64,000 nucleotides of DNA from an uncultured Thermomicrobiales bacterium (GTDB taxonomy: Bacteria; Chloroflexota; Chloroflexia; Thermomicrobiales; CFX8): positions 3,872 to 67,871 of the forward strand of contig CAYWXR010000016.1 in NCBI GenBank assembly GCA_964462545.1, read 5' to 3'. The notes beneath the pieces were generated by a model. It searched no databases. It was not told the origin of the DNA and was given only the letters and a program-made list of their open reading frames with translations. Position numbers and translations under genes: made by a program. Below are positions 43,010-52,699 of the stretch, in pieces (the first letter of the stretch is position 1; each line of letters starts with the position of its first letter).

Positions 43010-44122
43010 CTATCCCCGGCGAAGGGGCAAGAATCGGCGCCACCCCGTGGAGGCGCGTTGTGCCGCCGAGAGTGTCATCTCATTCGCCCGGGGGGACGTG
43101 ACCCGGAGTTCTTCCTGGGCTCGCCAGAGTTCGGCAATTTTGCGCTCGGTCTCGTCGATCATCTGGTGCAGGACAAGATCGTCATCGTCACCAGATGTCG
43201 AACCCAGCATCTGACTGGTGCGCGGGGTGATCGGCTGCAGCGTCGGCCGTGGACGAGTGGCTTCATCCGGCCCGTACCGCTCGTTCGGGATCCCGAAGAA
43301 CCAGGACGGGTCGGCGTAGTCTTCCAGCTGCAGTGCCGGAAGCTCATCTTCCACGGGTTCCTCTTCAGCGGCTTCAACTTCCGGAGCAGGTTCTTCTGGT
43401 ATTCCGGCTACCGCGGTCGGTTCCACCTCGGTGTCAGTCTCGGTAGTGGAGAACAACTCGGCTGCCAGCCAGTCGTCGCGCTCATGGGAAATGGCCGGGG
43501 CCGGTTCTTCCAACTCGAGCGTATCCTCGCCGTTCGGCTCGTCATCCTTTTTCCAGAGGAGGCTCAATACCTCGTCATAAAGCTGATGAGCTTCAGTGCG
43601 CTGGCTGACGAACGCGGTGCTCAGGGGTTGTCCGGTGGCTCGTGAACGCTGGAGGTATTCGAGTTCAGCGGTCAACCGCTCACGCTCGGCTTGCAACCAG
43701 CCGATGACCTCGGCCTGGTCGTGGACGACTTCAATCTGGTCCCGGATGAGTTCGGCCAGCGGGGCAACGATCTGCTCGCCGATGTCTTCCGACGAGGCAA
43801 CAGACGCACGCTGCTCGATAGAACGACGGATCGGTGTCGGTGCCGGCACCAGCGAAGGAGTCATCCGCCGTGGAACCGGGCCGGTTCCACGGGCATCATT
43901 GGCAGCTGCCTGTGCCTGGTCAAGCTGATCTGCCGGAATTTGCCAACCATTGGGACTCGGTGTTGCCGAAAGGTAACCGTTACGAATCCAGCGAACAATG
44001 GCGGTCTGGGTTACTCCGGCCCGGCGTGCTGCTTCACGAACAGTCAACACTTCGCCCGGCATCCGGGCCCCGTTGTTGGCAGATTGGAACGTCACGGTGT
44101 TGAATTCCACTTGCAACTCCAT
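43010..44122 (-). CDS. helix-turn-helix (MerR/excisionase-type) protein with a long acidic, probably disordered tail
   Basis: LTVREAARRAGVTQTAIVRWIRNGYLSA is HTH_17-like. The remaining ~290 aa are low-complexity and acidic with coiled-coil-like stretches. Confidence 0.6.
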   Translation of the reverse strand: MELQVEFNTVTFQSANNGARMPGEVLTVREAARRAGVTQTAIVRWIRNGYLSATPSPNGWQIPADQLDQAQAAANDARGTGPVPRRMTPSLVPAPTPIRRSIEQRASVASSEDIGEQIVAPLAELIRDQIEVVHDQAEVIGWLQAERERLTAELEYLQRSRATGQPLSTAFVSQRTEAHQLYDEVLSLLWKKDDEPNGEDTLELEEPAPAISHERDDWLAAELFSTTETDTEVEPTAVAGIPEEPAPEVEAAEEEPVEDELPALQLEDYADPSWFFGIPNERYGPDEATRPRPTLQPITPRTSQMLGSTSGDDDDLVLHQMIDETERKIAELWRAQEELRVTSPRANEMTLSAAQRASTGWRRFLPLRRG

Positions 44123-44396
44123 CCGGGATCAATCATGTCCGCCACCTCGGTGCAATCTGGCAGGTTTTTCTTTCCTGAGGACCAGCGTACCTATACTGTA
44201 ACGCCCGCTCCGGTGCATTCCCAGTACGATGGTCACAATGCAGGATCGACTCGTCCGTTCCGAATGTTTAGCCCAATCCTACCTGCTGCTACGAAACCAC
44301 CCGGACATGAACTGCGACATCCTTCGCATGGCAGGTTGCCACCCGGCAACGCATGATATGTGCCGGTCTGCTTGTTTATGAAGCGGGAAGGCATCC

Positions 44397-45686
44397 ATGT
44401 CGGTTATCGAAGCACCGGAACTCCCGAACACCGGGGAAGTCGCGAAACAACCGGCGCGCAAGCGTATGATCGATCGTCTCCAGGAGTATCCGCGTCCGGT
44501 GTGGTGGCTGGCTGCCGCGGTTCTCATCCTCTGGACCGGTCGGGGCATGGTTGTGCCGTTCCTGATTATCTACTTCAGCCAGATTGTCGGCATCAACGCC
44601 ACCACGGTTGGCACTGTGATCGCCGGCACCGGCATGATCGGCGTTGTCTTTGTGCTCGGCATCGCTGGCCAGATTGACAAGTACGGTGGCAAACCGGTGC
44701 TGATCGTCACCGTCTCGATGATCGCGCTGGCGACCCTGCTCTCTGCCTGGGCACATTCAATTACCACCTTCCTGCTGGTTTCATTGCTGCTCTATTGCGC
44801 CAGCCAGTCGTATTGGCCATCAATCGACACCGTCATTGCTTCGGTCACCTCCACCGATCGGGTCGTGCCAGCAATGTCGCTGGTACGGGTTGGCATGGCC
44901 GTTGGCATCGGCATGGGTGGTCTCGCCGGCGGATTGCTGGTGACCGGCGGCGGGATGCCGGAATACCAGTTGCTCTTCATTGTCAGCGCCGCTCTCATCG
45001 GCACCGGGGCAGTCATGATCTGGCGGGCTGTCCCGTACGTTCCTCCCACATCGGTGTCGGAAACTGGTGAACCCGGCACATGGTCGGACGTCCTCTCCGA
45101 CCGCACGTTCATCTATGCGATGGTGGTGCTGTTCGCGCTGGTGCTCGGGTTCACCCAGTTGAATATGTCGGTGCCGGCCTTCCTGCGAGCGCACGCCGGC
45201 ATCAGCGAGGGACGCATCGGGGCGATGTTCTTCATGAACACGATCATCGTCGTCCTCGCACAGGTACCGGTCGCCGCACGCGTGGACAAGGGCAACGTCG
45301 GCCGGTTGCTGGCCGTATCCTCGATCATCTGGAGCCTCGCGTTTGTCATCATGATCGCAACGCCGCAAATTTCCTCGGCCGCAGTGCTGGTGTTCCTTGG
45401 TTTCACGTTCGGAGAACTCATCTTCATGCCGCTTACCGCGGTTGTGTCGATCCGCCTGGCACCAATCCACCTGCGTGGACGCTACTTTTCACTCCTCAGC
45501 ATTACCTGGGGAGCCTCCTGGGCGATTGCGACACTCACCGCAGGCATTGCCCTCGACCTGCCGCGTCCGATCCTCCTCTGGCCGGCCATGGCGATCGTCA
45601 TGCTGGTTGGCGCCGGAGCAGCCCTCAGATTGCGTAACAACCTCAGGCTCCGCCCACCTGCACCGGTTGAGCAAGCCGCTGACTAG
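44397..45686 (+). CDS. MFS transporter
   Basis: About 12 hydrophobic helices with typical MFS topology. Confidence 0.8.
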   Translation: MSVIEAPELPNTGEVAKQPARKRMIDRLQEYPRPVWWLAAAVLILWTGRGMVVPFLIIYFSQIVGINATTVGTVIAGTGMIGVVFVLGIAGQIDKYGGKPVLIVTVSMIALATLLSAWAHSITTFLLVSLLLYCASQSYWPSIDTVIASVTSTDRVVPAMSLVRVGMAVGIGMGGLAGGLLVTGGGMPEYQLLFIVSAALIGTGAVMIWRAVPYVPPTSVSETGEPGTWSDVLSDRTFIYAMVVLFALVLGFTQLNMSVPAFLRAHAGISEGRIGAMFFMNTIIVVLAQVPVAARVDKGNVGRLLAVSSIIWSLAFVIMIATPQISSAAVLVFLGFTFGELIFMPLTAVVSIRLAPIHLRGRYFSLLSITWGASWAIATLTAGIALDLPRPILLWPAMAIVMLVGAGAALRLRNNLRLRPPAPVEQAAD

Positions 45687-45746
45687 GCATTGCATCTGGT
45701 AGCGTTGAGAACATCGGACAATCGAATCAGGAAGGAAACCGCCTGA

Positions 45747-46649
45747 ATGGCAGGACCAACACATGGAAAGAATCCGGCCGGAGATGTGCTGGATTTCGGC
45801 GTCGTAACCGGTCAGCATTACCGGACCTGGGAAGACCTGCAGGATATCTGGACCTGGGCCGACCAGTCCGGGCTTGATTCTGCCTGGTGTTTCGACCACT
45901 TCTTCGGGCTGCGCAAGGATATGGAAGTCGAAGCAGGAGTCTGTCTCGAAGGCTGGACGCTGCTGGCGGCACTCGCCATGATCACCTCAAATGTCCAGCT
46001 AGGTCTGATGGTGACCGGCCTGACCCATCGTGAACCGATCGTGCTGTTCAAGAATGCCGTTACCGTCGATCACGTGTCCGGCGGCAGGCTGATTCTTGGC
46101 GTTGGTGCGGCCTGGAACGAGCGGGAACACGAGGCGTATGGCATCCCGTTCCCGTCGGCAAAGGTTCGCGTCGATCGCTTCGCCGAGCAGATGGAAATGT
46201 ACCGTCTGCTGGAAACACAGGAGCGCTCCGACTTCAAGGGCGAGCACTACAGTCTGGTCAACGCCCCGTTCGAGCCCAAACCGGTCTTCGGTCATATTCC
46301 GATCCTGGTTGGGTCTACCGGAAAGCGGATGATGACCTACGTCGCCCGGTATGCCGATCAGTGGGACGGCGGCGGTACACCGGATGAATACCGCGAGAAG
46401 AGCGAACGGCTCAATCAGCTTTGTGAGGATATCGGCCGCGATCCTTCGGAAATCCGGCGGGTACTCTCAAGCGGCCCGGAAGCGTGGGAAAGCGAACAGG
46501 CATTCCGTGACCATGTGCGGTCCTATGCCGATGTGGGTGTTCGTTCATTCCTGTTCGGCGCGCCATTCTCCCGCGTCACTGATTCAATGCGCGAAATCGC
46601 TGCAAACGTCCTGCCGGAACTCCGTAAGGAATACGCTTCCGCCGGCTAG
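45747..46649 (+). CDS. LLM-class (luciferase-like) F420-dependent oxidoreductase
   Basis: LDFGVVTGQ...W......GLDSAWCFDHFFG. Paralogue of 36191..37045. Confidence 0.82.
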   Translation: MAGPTHGKNPAGDVLDFGVVTGQHYRTWEDLQDIWTWADQSGLDSAWCFDHFFGLRKDMEVEAGVCLEGWTLLAALAMITSNVQLGLMVTGLTHREPIVLFKNAVTVDHVSGGRLILGVGAAWNEREHEAYGIPFPSAKVRVDRFAEQMEMYRLLETQERSDFKGEHYSLVNAPFEPKPVFGHIPILVGSTGKRMMTYVARYADQWDGGGTPDEYREKSERLNQLCEDIGRDPSEIRRVLSSGPEAWESEQAFRDHVRSYADVGVRSFLFGAPFSRVTDSMREIAANVLPELRKEYASAG

Positions 46650-47245
46650 GAAATATCGCGAACAAGCAATTCGTCACCGACCCGGATGACAGCCGGCAAC
46701 CCGGACGTCACGGTGCAATAGAACCCGCGGGTGCCTCCATCCAGAAACCGCAAGGTTTGGGAGACTTCCCGCGGGTCTGCTTCCAGATCGTCCAGCGAGA
46801 ACCGGCTGAACTCAACGCACGGGTGAGCGACGCCTACCTGATCGAACTCGATCAAGCTACCATCAGCCCCCCGGATTGCCACACCATGCTCCAGGTCGGA
46901 TAGCTCCAGATGTCCTGAGCGTTCGACGAGAATGTTCTCACCTGCGATTCCCGGGACAAGATGCTCGCCAAACTCCGAGCGCATCAAGTCATAATGCCCG
47001 GTGAACCCGACCGACAGCATGTTGCCATTGCCCCGGTTGCGTGAGGCCGGATGCACGACACAGTGAACATCCAGCACCTCCATACCATCGACTGCCCCTG
47101 CAATCACCCCGTCTGCAACGTACAACCGCTCGACGGGACGAATTGGTTCCGGGGTGTAGAAGGATCTTGGCTTCGCATCCACCTTGAGGCTGGCGGTCTG
47201 AATTTGCAGGTTGATGATGCGGCCCAGCGATCGGTATCCGGCCAT
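46646..47245 (-). CDS. MOSC domain-containing protein
   Basis: GENILV and VGVAHPCVEFSRF (conserved Cys context) resemble the MOSC beta-barrel. The start codon directly abuts the upstream stop codon. Confidence 0.6.
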   Translation of the reverse strand: MAGYRSLGRIINLQIQTASLKVDAKPRSFYTPEPIRPVERLYVADGVIAGAVDGMEVLDVHCVVHPASRNRGNGNMLSVGFTGHYDLMRSEFGEHLVPGIAGENILVERSGHLELSDLEHGVAIRGADGSLIEFDQVGVAHPCVEFSRFSLDDLEADPREVSQTLRFLDGGTRGFYCTVTSGLPAVIRVGDELLVRDIS

Positions 47246-48640
47246 TTATCCTCCATATTCCTCAAGATGTCGCAATATAGTGCCGTGTATCTCAGAAATC
47301 ACGCTCAACTGCTCGGGTTTCATCACCACACTGCGGAGAACACTGACCGTCGGCTGGTCCCAGATGATCTCGGGATATGCCGTTTCCAATTGCCGCTGAT
47401 TGACAGTAAAGGTCGCCAGATACAGCGGATCGTCCGGGTCGTTCATGGTCCGGTCGAACAACGTTGCAGTCAAGGAACTGATCTCGCTGGCACGGGGAGC
47501 ATCAGTCCTAGACGGCAAGGCAAAGAAGGTCATAATGTCCAGTTCAGGCTCGGTGACCAGCCTCAACCGGTTGCTGGCCCGGATCAGATCGGCCCATGCC
47601 AACGCTGCTTGTCGCGTTCGTGACAGAACCGGACCAAAGCCCCGATCGCGCTCCAGAGGCAGACACTCCAGTGTTGCCCAGAGCGCTGCCGCCGACGCTC
47701 CGGCCCGCGAACACTCAAAACTGATCTCTCCCAGGTGGAGTTCGTCCGAGGTGAAATAGGTATATGGCGAGTCATGCTGGTAGAAGGTGCCGACCGCCGG
47801 ATCACGGAACAGTACCGCCCCGCATCCATACGGCTGTAGGCCGTGCTTGTGGGGATCGACGACAATACTGTCCGCCGATGCAATCGCCCCGAATCGATCT
47901 GCATTCACCAACGGTGCGTCACCGGTAGCAAGCAGCGCGAAGAAGCCTCCGTACGCTGCATCGACATGTACCCGGGCTCCGGCAGCATGAGCAAGGCGGA
48001 CGATATCGTCGAGCGGATCAAGCGCGCCCATACCGGTGGTCCCGAGCGTTGCCACCACCGTTCCAATCTCGCCGGTCGCCAGCGCAGCCTCCAGTCCGGC
48101 CAGATCGATCCGACCATCAGCATCAGTCGCCAGCACCACCGGCTTTACCCGGAGCATCTCGCAGACGCGACCGTGGGTGTAATGCGCCTGATCGCTGAAG
48201 GCAATCGCCTTGTCCGGGTGAATGCCACGAGCGATCCAGAGCGCTTCAAGGTTGGCAATGGTGCCGCTGGCAGTCAGATGGCCCAGGTTCGGCTCTTCAA
48301 ACCCGAACATCGCGGCCAGCCTGGCAACAACTTCCCGCTCCATATACGAAGTCGCCGCACCACCATCCAGCGCGTGGTTGTTGGGATTGATGCGTATCGT
48401 CATCGTATAGGCGAGCATCGCAACCGGGTGAGGTGGCTTCAGCATTTGCCCGGCATAGCGCGGGTGAAAGTAGGGGAAGTTATCGGTCAACCGCTCCGCC
48501 AGCCGGTCGAGCACCTCATCGATCCGGACAGGATCAACATGTAGCGTTTCATCCGGAGCAAACGCCTGCCACCCTGATTCCCACCGCTCGATGCCGGCCA
48601 ACCCCCGGTTCAGGTGACCCAGAAACGTCTCTCGATCCAT
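47246..48640 (-). CDS. group II pyridoxal-phosphate-dependent decarboxylase
   Basis: TASGTIANLEAL, HVDAAYGG and DPHKHG with the PLP lysine. Start at the ATG at 48640 (MDRETFLGHL), with GGGAGTGGGAGA upstream. The 151-codon in-frame upstream extension was rejected. Confidence 0.8.
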   Translation of the reverse strand: MDRETFLGHLNRGLAGIERWESGWQAFAPDETLHVDPVRIDEVLDRLAERLTDNFPYFHPRYAGQMLKPPHPVAMLAYTMTIRINPNNHALDGGAATSYMEREVVARLAAMFGFEEPNLGHLTASGTIANLEALWIARGIHPDKAIAFSDQAHYTHGRVCEMLRVKPVVLATDADGRIDLAGLEAALATGEIGTVVATLGTTGMGALDPLDDIVRLAHAAGARVHVDAAYGGFFALLATGDAPLVNADRFGAIASADSIVVDPHKHGLQPYGCGAVLFRDPAVGTFYQHDSPYTYFTSDELHLGEISFECSRAGASAAALWATLECLPLERDRGFGPVLSRTRQAALAWADLIRASNRLRLVTEPELDIMTFFALPSRTDAPRASEISSLTATLFDRTMNDPDDPLYLATFTVNQRQLETAYPEIIWDQPTVSVLRSVVMKPEQLSVISEIHGTILRHLEEYGG

Positions 48641-48730
48641 GTTCTCCCACTCCCCGCAGATGGCGCATATTACCGGGAAACTATAATCCACCGGCAGAAA
48701 TCTCTGACAGCGGGTGACAGGAGGTACCCT

Positions 48731-49636
48731 ATGCCGATCCGGCCCGGCATTGCAGCACTGGCAAACACCGTTGCCCGGGAACTCGCCGGGCAGGGGGCAC
48801 AGGCGGTCGTCCTTACCGGAAGCCAACTCCGGAACGATGTCCACCCACACTCCGATGTCGACATCTATGCCGTCGGCGACGGCCCGGCGTACTGTCTGGA
48901 AGTACGCGAGGGACACCTGGTGTCCATCTCGTGGCGAACAGTTGCCGCTATTGAGGAAGAATTCCGCTCGCCACGGCTCGCGCCTGCGACTGTATCCGGT
49001 TGGCGCGGTGCGAAGATTCTCCATGATCCCAACCAGATTGCCGCCGGGATTATTGCCCGGGCAACTGAATGGACATGGGACCATATTGGCCAATCACGTC
49101 TGGACGAATGGGTGACCGAAGAACTCACCGGCTACACCGAAGAAGTCGTGAAAATGGTGAACCTGCTGGAGCAGGAGCGTCCTGAGGCGGCAGCGATCCA
49201 GCGCTCTGTCCTAGCGCTTCGCATACCCGTCATCATGGCAGTGCATCTGCGCCTGCTCTACACCAGCGAAAACGATCTCTGGACGCTCGTCGCTGCCCGG
49301 ATGGGGAAGGAGTGGCAACGGACGCAGGAAATGGCTCAGGGATTGGCCGGAGAGTTGTTCCATGCCCAATGTGAGGCAGCGGCGCGTCTGTTTCTGCTTG
49401 CTCGGGAGCAGGTTTGGCCATTGTGCGATGACCGACAGAAACGGGTGCTGAATCTTGCCCATCAGGCTGTTGCGCGGCTAGAGCAGTGGTCCGCCGGCAA
49501 TAGCATCCTCACAGATGATGCAGCCAGGTCGGGAGCAGCGGGTGATTTCGGGATCGGCGACAATCACATCTCTGGCGAGAACAAGGGCTTCACGCATCGG
49601 GAAGATTCGCCAGCGGGAGGCTCCAACCTGGATTGA
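48731..49636 (+). CDS. nucleotidyltransferase-domain protein (KNTase/ANT-like two-domain architecture)
   Basis: GAGG RBS. The minimal NTase motif LTGSQLRNDVHPHSDVDIYAV, followed by a helical domain. The last 53 codons overlap the AAC(3)-like gene. Confidence 0.55.
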   Translation: MPIRPGIAALANTVARELAGQGAQAVVLTGSQLRNDVHPHSDVDIYAVGDGPAYCLEVREGHLVSISWRTVAAIEEEFRSPRLAPATVSGWRGAKILHDPNQIAAGIIARATEWTWDHIGQSRLDEWVTEELTGYTEEVVKMVNLLEQERPEAAAIQRSVLALRIPVIMAVHLRLLYTSENDLWTLVAARMGKEWQRTQEMAQGLAGELFHAQCEAAARLFLLAREQVWPLCDDRQKRVLNLAHQAVARLEQWSAGNSILTDDAARSGAAGDFGIGDNHISGENKGFTHREDSPAGGSNLD

Positions 49637-50299
49637 ATGCTCAATCGGTGCCAGCACGGGGTCCAGTTTCGGAAAACCGCCGGAACATGAACCAATGTCC
49701 CCCGCCACCGGAGTGACACCATCCGGGCCGGTTGCCCATCGGCGGAAGAGGCGTCGTCCTGCACGCTGTTCAGCAAGATGAATCGCCGTCATGCTATCCA
49801 GCCCGACACCCATCAGGACCACCGAACCACCACGACGCTCGATCTCCTCAAGCGGCGCATAGACATCATCGCCGCGCTGCCCGGAGATCAACTCATTTGC
49901 CAGCGGGCCAACGGCAGCAAACGGGTTCAAGGGATGGTTACCGCGGACTCTGTCTGGCATGGCAAGCAGTGCCGTAGGGATGGCACCCATCCAGCGGTTG
50001 ATAGCGTTCGACTGGGGTGAGTAAATCTCATCGGTGCGAGATGGCAAACCGTAGGTCTTGCGGTAGTCCCACCCATTTCGCTCAACGCGTATCTCCGGGG
50101 GAGGGTAGACCTCAAACTGGTCGACAAACGCCGGCACCAGCACCGTACAGGCTTCGGCCAGACACCCCTGAATGATCGTTAGTGCGCCACCCTCGACCTG
50201 CCCGAACGACCGCAACGATGAATGCACGCAGAGCGGCAGGCCCGAAAGACCTGCCGCCCGGATTCCTTGCCGGATATCTTCTATGGTCACAGATGCCAT
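49478..50299 (-). CDS. AAC(3)-family (aminoglycoside 3-N-acetyltransferase-like) protein
   Basis: Start at MASVTIEDIRQGIRAAGL. LCVHSSLRSFG, VVLMGVGLDSMTAIHLAE and a C-terminal CxxxxCxxC. The start lies 4 nt after the E2 stop. Confidence 0.72.
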   Translation of the reverse strand: MASVTIEDIRQGIRAAGLSGLPLCVHSSLRSFGQVEGGALTIIQGCLAEACTVLVPAFVDQFEVYPPPEIRVERNGWDYRKTYGLPSRTDEIYSPQSNAINRWMGAIPTALLAMPDRVRGNHPLNPFAAVGPLANELISGQRGDDVYAPLEEIERRGGSVVLMGVGLDSMTAIHLAEQRAGRRLFRRWATGPDGVTPVAGDIGSCSGGFPKLDPVLAPIEHSIQVGASRWRIFPMREALVLARDVIVADPEITRCSRPGCIICEDAIAGGPLL

Positions 50300-50303
50300 C
50301 GAC

Positions 50304-51659
50304 CTACACCTTGATATCAGCCGGGAAGTTTTCCAATCCCTGCTTGATGCGACCGAGGAATCGTGCAGCATGCAGGCCGTCAAGGATGCGATGATCGATT
50401 GACAGGGAAAGATTCATCATTGGCCGGATAGCAATCGCATCATTCACCACTACGGCCCGCTTGGTGATCGCCTCGATCGAGAGAATTGCCGCCTGTGGCT
50501 GGACGATGATCGGGGTGGAAAAGAGCGTACCGAACGTTCCCGGATTGTTCAGGGTGAAGGTGCCTCCGGTCACATCGTCCGGAGACAACTTGTTGGCACG
50601 TGCCCGGGTTGCCAGGTCATGGACCGAACGGGCAAGGCCAACCAGACTCTTCTCGTCCGCGTTGTGGATCACCGGCACGATCAGACCGTCATCCACCGAC
50701 ACGGCAATGCCGACGTTGATTGCCTTGCGGCGAATGATCCTGCCATCATCCCAGGCAGCATTCAGTTCGGGCTGTTCCCGGAGTGCCTGCACCAATACCT
50801 GCAGGATGAACGGCATGAACGAGAGTTCAAAGCCCTCCGCCTCCCGGAAACGCTGACGATTCTTCGCCCGCGCCGCCACCACATTGCTCATGTCCGCTTC
50901 CATCCAGGCAGTAACATGCGGGGCGGTCTGGACCGATCTGACCATGTTATCGGCGATCTGCCGGCGCATCTGGCTTGCCTGAATGACCTCATCACCCGGC
51001 ATGAGTTGCACCACCGGCGGAGCAAACCGCGGGGCAGCCTGTGCCACCGCAGGCATAGGAACCGGGGCAGGTTCTTCCGGTTGCGGCGTTGCAGTGGGAG
51101 ATTCTGCTTCTGCAGCGATCGCCGATTCGATATCGCTCTTGGTCACACGCCCGCCGATACCGCTACCGTCGATAGATGACAGGTCGATGCCATGTTCCGA
51201 TGCCAGGCGGCGGACCAGCGGCGACGACCGGATACGGAGCATCGCCTGTTCGTCGCGAGATTGCCGGGCCGCCTCGATATCGGAGGTTACCGGTGTGCCG
51301 GCAGTGCCTGAGGTCGAGGAAGGTCGTACTTCCTGGACTTCGTCAGCAGCTTCTTCTGCCATTTCGGCGACCTGCTCGAGGACATCATCGGCCGGCGCTG
51401 CGCTTTCCCCGGTATCAATGACACAGATCGGCGTTCCAACCGGAATCGTCGCGCCTTCCTCGCCAAGAATCTCGACCAGTGTTCCGCTTACCGGAGCCGG
51501 GATCTCGGCGGTCACCTTATCGGTCACCACCTCAACGACCGGCTCATACTTCTCAACCCGCTCGCCAATCTGTTTCAGCCAGCTGCCGAGCGTTCCTTCG
51601 GTGACGCTCTCGCCAAGCTTTGGCATCGTCACTCTGGTGCCCTGCTTTATATCAGTCAT
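50304..51659 (-). CDS. 2-oxoacid dehydrogenase E2 (dihydrolipoamide acyltransferase)
   Basis: N-terminal lipoyl domain (MPKLGESVTEG...VVEVVTDKV), an E3/E1-binding domain (SPLVRRLA.EHGIDL) and the catalytic LSLSIDHRILDG. Confidence 0.9.
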   Translation of the reverse strand: MTDIKQGTRVTMPKLGESVTEGTLGSWLKQIGERVEKYEPVVEVVTDKVTAEIPAPVSGTLVEILGEEGATIPVGTPICVIDTGESAAPADDVLEQVAEMAEEAADEVQEVRPSSTSGTAGTPVTSDIEAARQSRDEQAMLRIRSSPLVRRLASEHGIDLSSIDGSGIGGRVTKSDIESAIAAEAESPTATPQPEEPAPVPMPAVAQAAPRFAPPVVQLMPGDEVIQASQMRRQIADNMVRSVQTAPHVTAWMEADMSNVVAARAKNRQRFREAEGFELSFMPFILQVLVQALREQPELNAAWDDGRIIRRKAINVGIAVSVDDGLIVPVIHNADEKSLVGLARSVHDLATRARANKLSPDDVTGGTFTLNNPGTFGTLFSTPIIVQPQAAILSIEAITKRAVVVNDAIAIRPMMNLSLSIDHRILDGLHAARFLGRIKQGLENFPADIKV

Positions 51660-51689
51660 AGATGCTTCCTTGAACTTCGGCGCGAACTG

Positions 51690-52676
51690 CTAGAACGCCG
51701 CGAGCTTTTCGATGGCTGCGCGAATACGGACGCGGTCGATAACAAACGCCTGTTCCAATGGTGGGCTGTAGGGCATGGCCGGCACGTCAGGCGACGTCAG
51801 CCGGGTAATCGGACCATCCAGCCAGGCGAATGCTTCTTCGGCAATCACTGCCGAAATCTCGGCACCAATGCCGGCAAACTGGTGCGCCTCATGGACGATC
51901 AACACCTTGCCCGTCTTCATCACCGATTCAAGGATCGTTTCGGTATCGAGCGGTTTGAGCGACCGCAGGTCGATCACCTCAATCGAGCCACCATGCTCCT
52001 CGACATATGCATCGGCCGCAGCAATGGCTTCCAGCAGGTACATGCCGTAGGAGATGATCGTCAGGTCCGTGCCCTCACGCACGATCCGTGCCTTGCCGAT
52101 CGGCACCGTATGGCCGTTCTCCGGCACTTCACCACGAACCGAGCGGTAGCCCTTCTTGTGCTCAAGGAAGATCACCGGGTCCGGGTCGTAGATTGCACTG
52201 GCCAGCAACCCTTTGGCATCAGCCGGGTCAATGGGTGCCACCACTTTCAGGCCCGGAATATGGGTGAACACCGTTTCAATTGACTGGGAGTGGTACAGCG
52301 CCCCGTGAATACCACCGCCATATGGCGTGCGGATCACGATCGGGCAATCCCAGTCTCCATTTGAGCGATAGCGCAGTTTGGCGGCCTCGCTCATGATCTG
52401 ATCCATCGCCGGCGGAATGAAATCCAGGAACTGGATCTCGGCCACCGGCAACATACCGTTCGCCGCCGCGCCAATGGCCACACCGACAATCAGCGATTCG
52501 GCCAACGGGGAATCAACCACCCGCAGTTCGCCAAAGCGGTCAACCAGACCTTCGGTCACCCGGAACACACCACCACGACGCCCGACATCTTCACCAATGA
52601 TGAAGACGCGTTCGTCCTGCTCCATGGCTTCGGCAAGCCCCTCGTGGATAGCTTCAATCAACAGTTTCGTTGCCAC
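51690..52676 (-). CDS. 2-oxoacid dehydrogenase E1 component, beta subunit
   Basis: IGEDVG..GGVFR.T.GL...FG..RV.D.PL.E over a full-length transketolase-like fold. Confidence 0.92.
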   Translation of the reverse strand: MATKLLIEAIHEGLAEAMEQDERVFIIGEDVGRRGGVFRVTEGLVDRFGELRVVDSPLAESLIVGVAIGAAANGMLPVAEIQFLDFIPPAMDQIMSEAAKLRYRSNGDWDCPIVIRTPYGGGIHGALYHSQSIETVFTHIPGLKVVAPIDPADAKGLLASAIYDPDPVIFLEHKKGYRSVRGEVPENGHTVPIGKARIVREGTDLTIISYGMYLLEAIAAADAYVEEHGGSIEVIDLRSLKPLDTETILESVMKTGKVLIVHEAHQFAGIGAEISAVIAEEAFAWLDGPITRLTSPDVPAMPYSPPLEQAFVIDRVRIRAAIEKLAAF

Positions 52677-52699
52677 CGGATCATCCCTTCGTAACGTGC

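Noticed and set aside
48641-49093. A 151-codon in-frame N-terminal extension of the decarboxylase ORF (ORF-track start 49093).
   Set aside because: The extension is Cys/Pro/Arg-rich and lacks homology to decarboxylase N-termini. It would run through the divergent nucleotidyltransferase gene. A good RBS precedes the ATG at 48640, giving a typical 464-aa enzyme.
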